From the NCBI GenBank assembly GCA_048939625.1, contig JBHLPH010000019.1:1-35784 (forward strand): 35,784 nt of DNA, read 5' to 3'. Every line of letters starts with the position of its first letter. Positions within the stretch are counted from its first letter, which is position 1. The notes under the pieces are model-generated. The model was not told where the DNA came from, did not search any database, and saw nothing but the letters and a program-made list of their open reading frames with translations. A program made the position numbers and the translations under genes. The stretch comes from Promethearchaeota archaeon (GTDB taxonomy: Archaea; Asgardarchaeota; Hermodarchaeia; Hermodarchaeales; Hermodarchaeaceae). Shown here piece by piece: positions 8,110 to 16,994 of the stretch.

Positions 8110-9708
8110 TTGAAAATTCTATTAGTTACAGGAACGATTGAAGCACCCCACCTGAGACAAATTCTTGAGGACCACCCTTCACCCCACTCATTTGATGTCC
8201 TCGAATTACCTCTCGCCGTTGCTGCTTTTCTACACCCTAAGTATGTTACTTCACAAATTAAGCTGCGCGGACCTCTAGAAAAGTATAATCTCATATTACT
8301 CCCTGGGATGGTTTCTGGTGATACTCGCATAGTAACCGAGAGCACTGGCATTCCAACATACAAAGGAACTCGCCATGCAGTTGATCTTCCGCTGCTATTT
8401 GACATTCTATTTGACGCGGAAAATCAATTATCGACAACGCAACCCGCAGATTTAGTGTTAGACGCACAGTTAACTAAGAAGGCTCAAAGTGATCTAGCTA
8501 AGGGTGAAAAACTCCTCAAAGGAAAGATTCCAGAAGGATACCTGACTTTGGGGAGAGGCACCAATTCCCTTATCATTGGTCCGCGTCTACCCATGCGAAT
8601 TATTGCTGAAATCACTGATGCTCCGTTGAGAACAGAAAGCGAGTTACTTCGCTTCGCTCGACATTTTCTAGCAAGTGGAGCTAAGATAATTGATGTCGGG
8701 ATGGTTGCAGAAGCCCCAGACCCCCATGCAGCTAAGGAGATTGTTAAGCTCGTTCGAAAACATCTACCTGTGTTCGTCAGTATTGATTCCATGAACGCCA
8801 AAGAAATCGAAGCTGGTATTGAAGGTGGAGCTCATCTCGTCCTCAGTTTGGATCAAGACAATATGATGGATATTGCGAAAAAATATCGTAAACGAAGTCT
8901 ATTCACAGTTATTCCTGCCCTCCAGCAAGGCGGAGAAATTCCAAGAACAGTTGATGAAAGGGTTGAGCTTCTAGTTGATAATCTCTCGAATGCTCGGAGC
9001 CTGGGTTATAAGAAGCTGATTGCGGATCCGCTGTGTAATCCGTTGATCAACCCAGGGCTATCGAAGGCATTGTTAACTTACGCTGAGTTTCACCAACAAC
9101 AACCTAGCATCCCTATGCTAATGGGTGTAGGCAATGTTACTGAATTATTAGATGCTGATAGTCCAGGTGTGAATGCAATTCTTGCTGGACTTGCCACTGA
9201 GCTCGGGGTTTCTTTATTGCTTACAACAGAAGTTAGTCCCAAAACAAAAGGTGCAGTTTGGGAAGCTCATCGAGCAGCGCAAATGATGCATCTTTCACGA
9301 CGTCGACGTTCTCCCCCTAAGGATTTGGGGATTGATTTGTTATTATTAAAGCCTAAACGCTTTCCTGAACTCCCCTTTGAACGAATTCCTAATATTGAAT
9401 ATTCTACCGTAGACGTCTCGCAAGAGACTGCACCTGTTCGATTAGATCGCGCGGGTTTCTTTACATTCCACGTTGACCGTGAACGCTATCTTCTTGTGGC
9501 TCGTCATTACGAAAACGAAACACGAGAAGCACCAACCCTTGAACTGGTTGGGCCAACTGCACAGCAATTAATCAATGCAATCCTTTCACGTAGACTCGTA
9601 ACCCAATTAGACCATGCGGCTTATATTGGACGAGAACTGACTCGAGCTGAACTTGCTCTCGTAACAGGACGACCCTACATACAGGAAGCCCCACTTTTTG
9701 CTAAATAG
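8110..9708 (+). CDS. Dihydropteroate synthase-related protein (N-terminal small domain, pterin-binding barrel, C-terminal DUF4346-like domain)
   Basis: MKILLVTG..A, LAVAAF, IIAEITDAP, GAKIIDVG, VSIDS, LIADP, GVGNVTELLDADSPGVN, PPKDLGIDLL.LK, LDRAGFF and HAAYIGRELTRAELAL..GRPYIQE. Confidence 0.88.
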   Translation: MKILLVTGTIEAPHLRQILEDHPSPHSFDVLELPLAVAAFLHPKYVTSQIKLRGPLEKYNLILLPGMVSGDTRIVTESTGIPTYKGTRHAVDLPLLFDILFDAENQLSTTQPADLVLDAQLTKKAQSDLAKGEKLLKGKIPEGYLTLGRGTNSLIIGPRLPMRIIAEITDAPLRTESELLRFARHFLASGAKIIDVGMVAEAPDPHAAKEIVKLVRKHLPVFVSIDSMNAKEIEAGIEGGAHLVLSLDQDNMMDIAKKYRKRSLFTVIPALQQGGEIPRTVDERVELLVDNLSNARSLGYKKLIADPLCNPLINPGLSKALLTYAEFHQQQPSIPMLMGVGNVTELLDADSPGVNAILAGLATELGVSLLLTTEVSPKTKGAVWEAHRAAQMMHLSRRRRSPPKDLGIDLLLLKPKRFPELPFERIPNIEYSTVDVSQETAPVRLDRAGFFTFHVDRERYLLVARHYENETREAPTLELVGPTAQQLINAILSRRLVTQLDHAAYIGRELTRAELALVTGRPYIQEAPLFAK

Positions 9709-9721
9709 AAAAAAGAGAGGA

Positions 9722-9745
9722 AAGTAGAGGAGTTCTCCTCTACTT
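9722..9745. terminator. Perfect inverted repeat between convergent genes; probable terminator
   Basis: AAGTAGAGGAG-TT-CTCCTCTACTT. On the minus strand it is followed by a pyrimidine/oligo-T tract. Confidence 0.65.
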
Positions 9746-9751
9746 AATTAA

Positions 9752-12346
9752 TCATTTAGCTGCTTTTCGTCGTTTCAGTATCATATAGATGATTATGATA
9801 AGAACGATGATGATTACTACAACCAATACAGCGATCCACCACCACCAAGGTAATCCTGGAATTGGTGGAGGTGTGAACGGTGAAGGGATGCCTTCGATAT
9901 CTGCAGTTGCAGTTGGAGTCGAGTACATGGTTCCAGGTAAGCCGTAGTAGTCGGCATCAAAGGAGAGCGTATAGTTACCAACGCCCTCAACTAGGACTTG
10001 CCAGTTGATAATCTCTGTGTGCCCTGGAAGGATTAAGAAGGGTTGAGTTGCCGGTACGGTTAGGCTACCAAACCCAGGAGGAACGGTAACCGTAATTTGC
10101 CCTTCAACAGCAGCAGTTAATCCGAGGTTCTCGATTTCCACAGCAAAGTTCACTGGAAACCCTAAGGTTCCATTCATAGGAACGAGGGGGAGGAGTGTAC
10201 AGCGTGGGGCCATCATGAAGGCAATTTCGTTAATCCAGAGTTCGAAGTGGTCTGCGTAGGTGGAGTCGTCTTCGTCTGATCCAAAGTTATCGATGAGGTA
10301 TCCGTTGAGTAGAGTCTTACCATCATTACGGACGATTATGTAGGCTTCGTTTGCAGTGGGTGTTGGTGTGCCACCAGCAATAGCTGTTGCGTTCGATAGT
10401 ACGGTGTAACGGTCGCCATCATCGCTATAGCCAAGGGTGGTGTTGAAATTTGTGGTGGTGAAGAGATGAGGCATACTAAACACATGGTGTCCTGCATCCC
10501 ATACGTACGTCGTGGGATCGCCACCTACAGAGGCAGCATGGGTTACACCCAGTCGACTGAATAGTGGATGAGGTGCACCAGTATCTGCATCAAATGAGGT
10601 GAAAATTAGTGACCCGCCAGCATCGAGATAATCGACTAGACCATCGTAGTATGTATCGAAGCCAAAGTAGTCGCCGTTATCCACTATAGCAAGATCCCAG
10701 TTGTACCGGTAGAGTGAGAAGTTAAAGTAGTCAAATCCGATAGTTCCACCTTTTGTAAGGTAGAATTTAACTCCAAGGTCATTGAGCGCTCGTGCAACAG
10801 GTGTCTTGTAATAGTTTGGACTATACGCTTCATCGGTATAGATGAGAACTCGGGCAAGCGATGAGGTAAGCCAATTTGCCAGGTTTATACTAAATTGGCG
10901 ATTATTGTCAGTTCCGATGTTGCCATCTGCTACCCAGTTGATGTCACCGACCAGAATGATTCGACCCATGTTGTGGGATTGACCACCGATAATGATATTC
11001 ACAGCGGTGGCTCCCCAAATGGGATACGCTGAGCCAGTGTAATTAATAAATCCTGCACTAGCAAAGTAGAGTGAGGAAATAGCTTCTGTTGTTGGATGTT
11101 TGACGTAGTAGGTTTGTGATCCTGAACCAGCGTCAACCGTAGCCATGGAGAGACCAACATTGGAGAGGAGGTAGTTGATGTTGTTGTTTTCATCAGCAAG
11201 ACCAGTATTATCTCCGAATGCAAGGAGTCCGCCACCAGCCATTACCCAATCGTTCATAGCGACGACTTCAGCAGCGGTATAATTGTACTGAGGAAGACAA
11301 GCGATGAACATATCATAGGGATTCAATCGATTCAAGGTGATGTTGCCACCCGCAGCTGGATAGAGTTTATCCAACAAGTAGCCACGGGTAACCAGTTCAT
11401 CTCGCCAGATCTCATAGTTGCCAGCGTAATTTGCCAGATCGTCCCAGGGGTCAATTCCGTAATAGGGTTGATGGCTCAAATCGAAGAGGATTCGTCCTTT
11501 TGGTCGTGGACAAAGCCACATAACCGCGTCTTGGATCATCTGATGAATACCTGGGAGGGGTTCGGTGCTTCCATCCCACCAGAAATGAACTACACGTCCA
11601 CCCTGGCTGGTCGGATCAAATGCTAGAACTGTCACCTCGTCTTCATTAAGCCCATCATGGGCAACTCTGGTTAAGTCAGAGCCAATGACAGAGGCTGAAA
11701 GTGCTGTCCAGTCCCATGCTGCATAGCCATAGGGTGAAAGCGTAAAGCTGTCATTTACTGCATAGCTCTTCGATACCGGGTGTCGAGTTGTGACATTAGC
11801 GCCATCACCCATGTACATCCAGTATCCGGGGAACCCGTTAGTTCCTGCGGTTTCGGGTGGTAGAATGCCCATGTAGCAGGAGTATACTGCGAAACTATCG
11901 AAACCAAGTAAGGCGCCCCCACCAAGCCAGTATTCGTAAATCTGGTTGGTGATGCTCTCACGGGGTAGAGTGTCAGGAATTACAAACACATCGTAATGTG
12001 CAGTCATAAGTTGATGATTATAGATGTCGTTAGTATCAAGCAGTGTTGTCTGATATCCAGCAGCTTGGAGAATGGAAGCAATCTGACTGGATGAATTAGT
12101 ATTGATTGAGCCAATGCCTCCTTCATAGGAGGGAGAGGTCGTATTGGGTTCATTGTATATCGCAACACGAATCGCATCCGGTGGAATCGTCAGGGCCATG
12201 GGTTCTGTAAAAAAGCTGGGACCATTGATAGGTTCAGAAGAAACCAAAGGAGATGACGATGTGGGAATGTAGACTACAGGTGCGATGAACATAGGGAATA
12301 GTAGAGAGACTAGTAGCACTACTGAAATGAGCCTAGAATTTCTCAT
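9752..12346 (-). CDS. Large cell-surface protein: signal peptide, three class-I-glutamine-amidotransferase-like (DUF4350/GIFT-like) domains, Ig-like domain, C-terminal PPPIPG-TM-basic tail
   Basis: Hydrophobic N-terminus. Repeated YDVFV/YDMFI/WDLAI..GG.L pattern, plus ILFDLSH and GRIILVGD. C-terminus PPPIPGLPWWWWIAVLVVVIIIVLIIIIYMILKRRKAAK. Confidence 0.8.
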   Translation of the reverse strand: MRNSRLISVVLLVSLLFPMFIAPVVYIPTSSSPLVSSEPINGPSFFTEPMALTIPPDAIRVAIYNEPNTTSPSYEGGIGSINTNSSSQIASILQAAGYQTTLLDTNDIYNHQLMTAHYDVFVIPDTLPRESITNQIYEYWLGGGALLGFDSFAVYSCYMGILPPETAGTNGFPGYWMYMGDGANVTTRHPVSKSYAVNDSFTLSPYGYAAWDWTALSASVIGSDLTRVAHDGLNEDEVTVLAFDPTSQGGRVVHFWWDGSTEPLPGIHQMIQDAVMWLCPRPKGRILFDLSHQPYYGIDPWDDLANYAGNYEIWRDELVTRGYLLDKLYPAAGGNITLNRLNPYDMFIACLPQYNYTAAEVVAMNDWVMAGGGLLAFGDNTGLADENNNINYLLSNVGLSMATVDAGSGSQTYYVKHPTTEAISSLYFASAGFINYTGSAYPIWGATAVNIIIGGQSHNMGRIILVGDINWVADGNIGTDNNRQFSINLANWLTSSLARVLIYTDEAYSPNYYKTPVARALNDLGVKFYLTKGGTIGFDYFNFSLYRYNWDLAIVDNGDYFGFDTYYDGLVDYLDAGGSLIFTSFDADTGAPHPLFSRLGVTHAASVGGDPTTYVWDAGHHVFSMPHLFTTTNFNTTLGYSDDGDRYTVLSNATAIAGGTPTPTANEAYIIVRNDGKTLLNGYLIDNFGSDEDDSTYADHFELWINEIAFMMAPRCTLLPLVPMNGTLGFPVNFAVEIENLGLTAAVEGQITVTVPPGFGSLTVPATQPFLILPGHTEIINWQVLVEGVGNYTLSFDADYYGLPGTMYSTPTATADIEGIPSPFTPPPIPGLPWWWWIAVLVVVIIIVLIIIIYMILKRRKAAK

Positions 12347-12600
12347 AACAGAATTCTCCCAAAAAATGGGTTAATGGTCGATAGGAAAACTAACTTAAAA
12401 ACGCACCGTTGGATGTCTAAATAGCCAAAATAGTCCTAGTTGCAGGCAAAAAAAGAGGAGAGAGTAAGATAAGCAACATAAACGAGGAGAGTATCCACTT
12501 CTATTTAGGAATGAAATAACCAAGCATCGATATTCTCAGTTCATAATGAGACCTAATTCCTAAAAAAGCACGAGTCTGTTAGGAGGCCGTTAGAGTGGGA

Positions 12601-13143
12601 TTACGTACATTTAATGGTTGTTTGTAAATGACGTCGAAACTCGGTAGTTAATTCACCGACAACATCTTTTATCTGATTACGTAAATCAAATCGGCGGTCA
12701 GCAAAATATTCGGCAAGTAGGGCTTCTAGCTCAAGGATGCTTTTTGTTAGGGCTTCGTGTTCTTCAAGTCCACCTTCAGCAAGGAGTTCCCAGTAGCCAT
12801 CGGTGAAAGCACTGAGGAAGGCGCTAAGTGTTCGGGGATCTTGGGTTTGGGCTACACGAAGAGCTTCGAGAGCGTTGGAAAATGTGATGTTGGCTCTTCG
12901 GTCAAATGGGAGATCAGCGATGGTCTCGCAAAGCATGCCATCTAAAAAAGTTCGCCCGCGGCAATCTTGTATATGTGCGGCGTGGGGTTCAAGTGTGCAA
13001 TGGCTGAGGACTGACTTGTCGTAGAATGGACACTCACCTGGTGGGGAAGTATACTTCTCCATGATGGTTTCAATACGCTTCCGGGTGTGGAAGAGTTTGA
13101 GAAGCTCCCGCGCTGCTTCTATTCGCTTAAGCTCACTTGGCAT
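12601..13143 (-). CDS. Hypothetical protein with four-Cys cluster and helical C-terminus
   Basis: Start refined to ATG 13143 (MPSELKRIE). Contains CPFY...HC...DC...LC. Confidence 0.65.
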   Translation of the reverse strand: MPSELKRIEAARELLKLFHTRKRIETIMEKYTSPPGECPFYDKSVLSHCTLEPHAAHIQDCRGRTFLDGMLCETIADLPFDRRANITFSNALEALRVAQTQDPRTLSAFLSAFTDGYWELLAEGGLEEHEALTKSILELEALLAEYFADRRFDLRNQIKDVVGELTTEFRRHLQTTIKCT

Positions 13144-13232
13144 AGGTGTACATCCTACCCTCGATAGTAGCCTGCAAGCCAAGCTGACTTAACACGTCTC
13201 TCGAATTTAAACCCTTTGATATGTTTAAACCC

Positions 13233-14552
13233 TTATTCGGGTAGCTCATGGTCTCGTAGCCCGAGTCTTCTTCGAAAGCGGGGTAATTCCTGCGTATAGA
13301 CCAATAGAAAGAAGGCAGGAATTATCATAATGAAGTTGTGATGCCAAATACCCGCAGGCGCGCCAATTAGAAATAAAGCCATGCTGACGAAGCTGTAGAG
13401 AATACTCTTTCCTAACTCAGGTCGAAGCAACACCCTAACTAACAGTATGACGAGTACAATTACGGCAAAAAGCGTGAAGATTACGCTGACCCGTATCCCA
13501 TCGGGCGGAAGGAGACTGCGTGTAATAATTTGCATGGGATCACCGATTTGAGCCCATAAATCTGGATCGACTGTAGGGAGGCTTAAGCTAGCCCAGATGG
13601 AGTTAGCTACAATCCAGAAGACATTGAAAATGATTGCAGGGATGGATCCCGTCCAACTCCACCATGAATGAATTCGTAATGGCCAAGCTTCATAGGAACG
13701 ACCAAATTGAACGAATAATAAATCATTCAACAATGCCAAATGTCGTGTGGGTTGAAGATAAAGGATGGCTTCCAGGGATGCCCAAAGTTGAAAGAGCCCA
13801 AAGATGACCACCGCAGGTAACACACCATAAATCCATTTTCGATAGCTGCGGAAATGATATGCAATCGCAAAAAGGAGAAGTAGTCCGATGTATTGGTAGG
13901 TAATTGCACCAATCCCGAGCCAAAATGCCGACCAGAAAGGATCTTTCCATTTTTCGTAACCCATCCACACTAAGAAGAGTACGACACTCATGTGTGTTAC
14001 CAAGTTCAAGGTTACCATTACGGGATTTATCCAGACAAACAAAGCGGCAAGTCTGTTCCCTGACCGCATCATACGGTCGAAGAGCAGAAAATCAAAGAAC
14101 ATATGGAGCGCCATGAAACTGGGTTGAAAATCCATGCAGCCTGCGAAATCAAATGAGTATGGATAAATCATACAGGGAATGTGGAAGAGTAAGCTTCCGG
14201 GTCCATAATTAATGAAATTCTGAGGATACCCGTCACAGGGACCTGTAGCTAAAGCAGTTAACCAGTAATCCCGGTTATAGGGATTAAGTCCGCTAAACAT
14301 ATAGGTGAGGCCTTGGGTCAGGAGCTCATTCATGTCATTGACGTCGGGGAAGGTTGGGTTGATATTCGCAATATACAGTATGACAGCCAAAGTAAGCATC
14401 CGAATAAAGAACCCCAGGCCTATTTCTTTCCACCAGGATCGATAGAGCTGAAAACTGTTGGAGAAGTAGGCACTAATTCGAGATCCAAGTGTGGGCTGTT
14501 CAGTTAAAGGAGAAGACAACGTGGCTTCAGTCTCATTGGCTGATGAGTTCAT
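13233..14552 (-). CDS. Polytopic GT-C fold glycosyltransferase (GT87/PIG-M-like), paralogue A
   Basis: First TM followed by an acidic loop DVNDMNE..G.NPY...NYGP. INP motif and many TM segments. The start overlaps the upstream stop (ATGA). Confidence 0.72.
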   Translation of the reverse strand: MNSSANETEATLSSPLTEQPTLGSRISAYFSNSFQLYRSWWKEIGLGFFIRMLTLAVILYIANINPTFPDVNDMNELLTQGLTYMFSGLNPYNRDYWLTALATGPCDGYPQNFINYGPGSLLFHIPCMIYPYSFDFAGCMDFQPSFMALHMFFDFLLFDRMMRSGNRLAALFVWINPVMVTLNLVTHMSVVLFLVWMGYEKWKDPFWSAFWLGIGAITYQYIGLLLLFAIAYHFRSYRKWIYGVLPAVVIFGLFQLWASLEAILYLQPTRHLALLNDLLFVQFGRSYEAWPLRIHSWWSWTGSIPAIIFNVFWIVANSIWASLSLPTVDPDLWAQIGDPMQIITRSLLPPDGIRVSVIFTLFAVIVLVILLVRVLLRPELGKSILYSFVSMALFLIGAPAGIWHHNFIMIIPAFFLLVYTQELPRFRRRLGLRDHELPE

Positions 14553-15778
14553 GAACCTACCTCCTTATTTGAATCAGTTTCTGTTGTACCATGAGCGTCA
14601 GGAGTTGTTTTCTTGGTCGGAAAAAACGTGTCCCGATTCCGCCAAAAGATAAAGGGTAATGTTAGACAGAGAACCCAATAATGCGCTAGACCTTCAGCCG
14701 TACTACCAATGAATAATGCTAATAATACTCCTGGAATGAAGATGGCAAGTGCTTTTCGTGGATTTTTGATAAAAAACCATAGACCGATAATACCAAGAAT
14801 CGCGACAAGAAGCAACATCATAGGTGCTATTTGCGGAGCAATAGGCGGAGGCACTCCAAATAAGATTCCAATATTAAAAGCCCAAGAGGGGATTGATCCC
14901 ATAAATAGAAACACCAAGGGGTAGTAGCGATTGTAGTAAGGACTCAGATTATTGTAATCTTGCCAATTAACTGGAGGTCTTCCGATTTGCTGTATCACTA
15001 AATCTTGCACGAAAAGAATTGGATTCCAGAAAAAGAAAACCAGAACAACAATAACTATGGGTAGCATCCCCAAAAGGTTGAGTCGGAATTGACCTTTACG
15101 CCAATAAAAAATGAAAAGGAATGGAAGGAAAATAGCCCCCATTTGGTAAGTCGCTGCAAGGAGTGCCGCATACACGCCACAGCGAACTGGGCGGTTCAAG
15201 TTCAACAAACTTAGACTCAGGAGCATGAGGGGAAGAGACATGAACGTAATGATGTTAACGAAGACAAAGAAAGGGTTAATCCAAATGATTTTCGAGATTG
15301 TGGTGTGATCGTCTTGCCAAAGTCGATAATAGGTAACGAAGTCGAAGAACCAATGTAACAGGAAAAACGCTGGCATGAAATCCATGGTGCCAACACTTTG
15401 TGGACCTGGCCAAAGTAGAGAAGGAAGATGAAAAATTATTGCAAAGGGTGGATAATTGAAATAATCTTGCGTGAAAGGTCCCGCAAAAGTGTGAAGAAGA
15501 TAACTCTGTCCATAAGGATTTACGCCATTGAGCAGGTTTGCCAAACCTTTGAACACTAATTCATTCATATCGGTGAGATCGCCTGCAATATTAAGGAACA
15601 GAAGAAACCCAAAGAGGGTTGCTATCCGGACGATAATGCCAGCCCAAAACTCAGTTTCATGGAATAGGCGAGACAGATCATTAAGGTTAAGCGTGTCACG
15701 TATCTGAACCCAGGTTGATTCAGCAATTTGTGCTTCTGGGTGTTCCTCGTTCAAACCAAACACGCACCAATATGTCAA
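14549..15778 (-). CDS. Polytopic GT-C fold glycosyltransferase (GT87/PIG-M-like), paralogue B
   Basis: DLTDMNE..GLANLLNGVNPY...FNYPP, WINP and TYQ. Many TM segments. Confidence 0.75.
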   Translation of the reverse strand: MTYWCVFGLNEEHPEAQIAESTWVQIRDTLNLNDLSRLFHETEFWAGIIVRIATLFGFLLFLNIAGDLTDMNELVFKGLANLLNGVNPYGQSYLLHTFAGPFTQDYFNYPPFAIIFHLPSLLWPGPQSVGTMDFMPAFFLLHWFFDFVTYYRLWQDDHTTISKIIWINPFFVFVNIITFMSLPLMLLSLSLLNLNRPVRCGVYAALLAATYQMGAIFLPFLFIFYWRKGQFRLNLLGMLPIVIVVLVFFFWNPILFVQDLVIQQIGRPPVNWQDYNNLSPYYNRYYPLVFLFMGSIPSWAFNIGILFGVPPPIAPQIAPMMLLLVAILGIIGLWFFIKNPRKALAIFIPGVLLALFIGSTAEGLAHYWVLCLTLPFIFWRNRDTFFPTKKTTPDAHGTTETDSNKEVGS

Positions 15779-15869
15779 AAAGGGAGTTTTGTTAGGCTTG
15801 TGACATGTTTCCCCACATAAGCCTTATGCCAGCTAGAAGATGAAAGAGCAATTGAAGATATTTCTAAAA

Positions 15870-16931
15870 TTAGAGATATCGACGAAACATCTTACCCCAT
15901 TCAGTTTTCATGATGCGGTCGATGTGTTTCTTTCCACGGGTTTTCAGCCAGATATCTCGAAGATAGTGGCTGATTTTCACGTTGACTTTAAAAAATGCGG
16001 AGCGCATCATGAAGGGTTCGAGAAAACTACTCCGAAAGAACCGATCAAAGCGGATGACAGGATCTAGTTTAGTCTCATATTCAAAGCAGACCCCATCAAC
16101 TTCATCGCCTACAATTTCCTTCGTGCATAAATCTCCATTTCCGAGTCCCTGTTCATGGGCCATCCGAACATGTCCAATCTCCATGGGATTATACCCAATC
16201 ATTTGGGCACAAAGTGCGTCCAAGGCAACGAGGTCTCCGCTAGCGGCAATGTAATTCTGGACAAAAGGCCGTCCTGTCCGAGGTCCTGCACCATCCATGG
16301 CAATCGTGCTATCTGCAAAGGCAAACAATGGTCCACAGAATTCCTGCTGAATGCGAAGTAAGTCAACTAGGATTTCATGGATTTTGAGGTGGTAATGATG
16401 GCGTACCGTTCGGAGAAACCCAAAGGCATTCTTCATGGAGCACGTAATAGTGCTGTGTCCATGGCACTTGAAAGTGGGTAGATGAATGATTTGGGCGTCG
16501 ATGATGGGTTTAGGCATTAGCATGTCTTCCTGTCCGAATACCATAGGTTGGGACGGATTTACTTCAACCCACTCCTCATCAACTAAAATTGTCCAAGGAA
16601 TATCATGCTTTTCGAGGAGTGGCACATAGCGGTTCTTGTACATCCCAGTGCGTGCATCTGTAACGACAGTCATGTTTTCCAAGGCAAGGACATCAGAGAA
16701 GTTACGCTTGGACAATTCCCGAAGCATTGCATCCAATTGGTAGGGTTGAGTCGAACATGACGGAAAGTATTCTTGCCATGAGATGTTAAGCTTCATAACC
16801 GTGCGAACCTTAGGATCAAAAATTTGGTCCAACTTCGCGAGACGAAAAAGGCGTGCAACATCATCAAAATAAGTTTCGGGAGTTGTTTTGACAACTGCAA
16901 GAGGAAGCTTTCTTGGATCGGTTTTTTTCAT
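15870..16931 (-). CDS. DUF362 family protein
   Basis: Start refined to ATG 16931 after GGTGA. KLNISW..FP.CST.P.QL, IIHLPTFKCHG...TCSMKN.FG, D...AMDGAGP..G, SGDLVALDA and GLG. Confidence 0.85.
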   Translation of the reverse strand: MKKTDPRKLPLAVVKTTPETYFDDVARLFRLAKLDQIFDPKVRTVMKLNISWQEYFPSCSTQPYQLDAMLRELSKRNFSDVLALENMTVVTDARTGMYKNRYVPLLEKHDIPWTILVDEEWVEVNPSQPMVFGQEDMLMPKPIIDAQIIHLPTFKCHGHSTITCSMKNAFGFLRTVRHHYHLKIHEILVDLLRIQQEFCGPLFAFADSTIAMDGAGPRTGRPFVQNYIAASGDLVALDALCAQMIGYNPMEIGHVRMAHEQGLGNGDLCTKEIVGDEVDGVCFEYETKLDPVIRFDRFFRSSFLEPFMMRSAFFKVNVKISHYLRDIWLKTRGKKHIDRIMKTEWGKMFRRYL

Positions 16932-16994
16932 AGTGGTCACCTGTAATGCCCAAACAAGCACAGGGGGGAACTGTATCAGCTTTAACTTTTCGGT

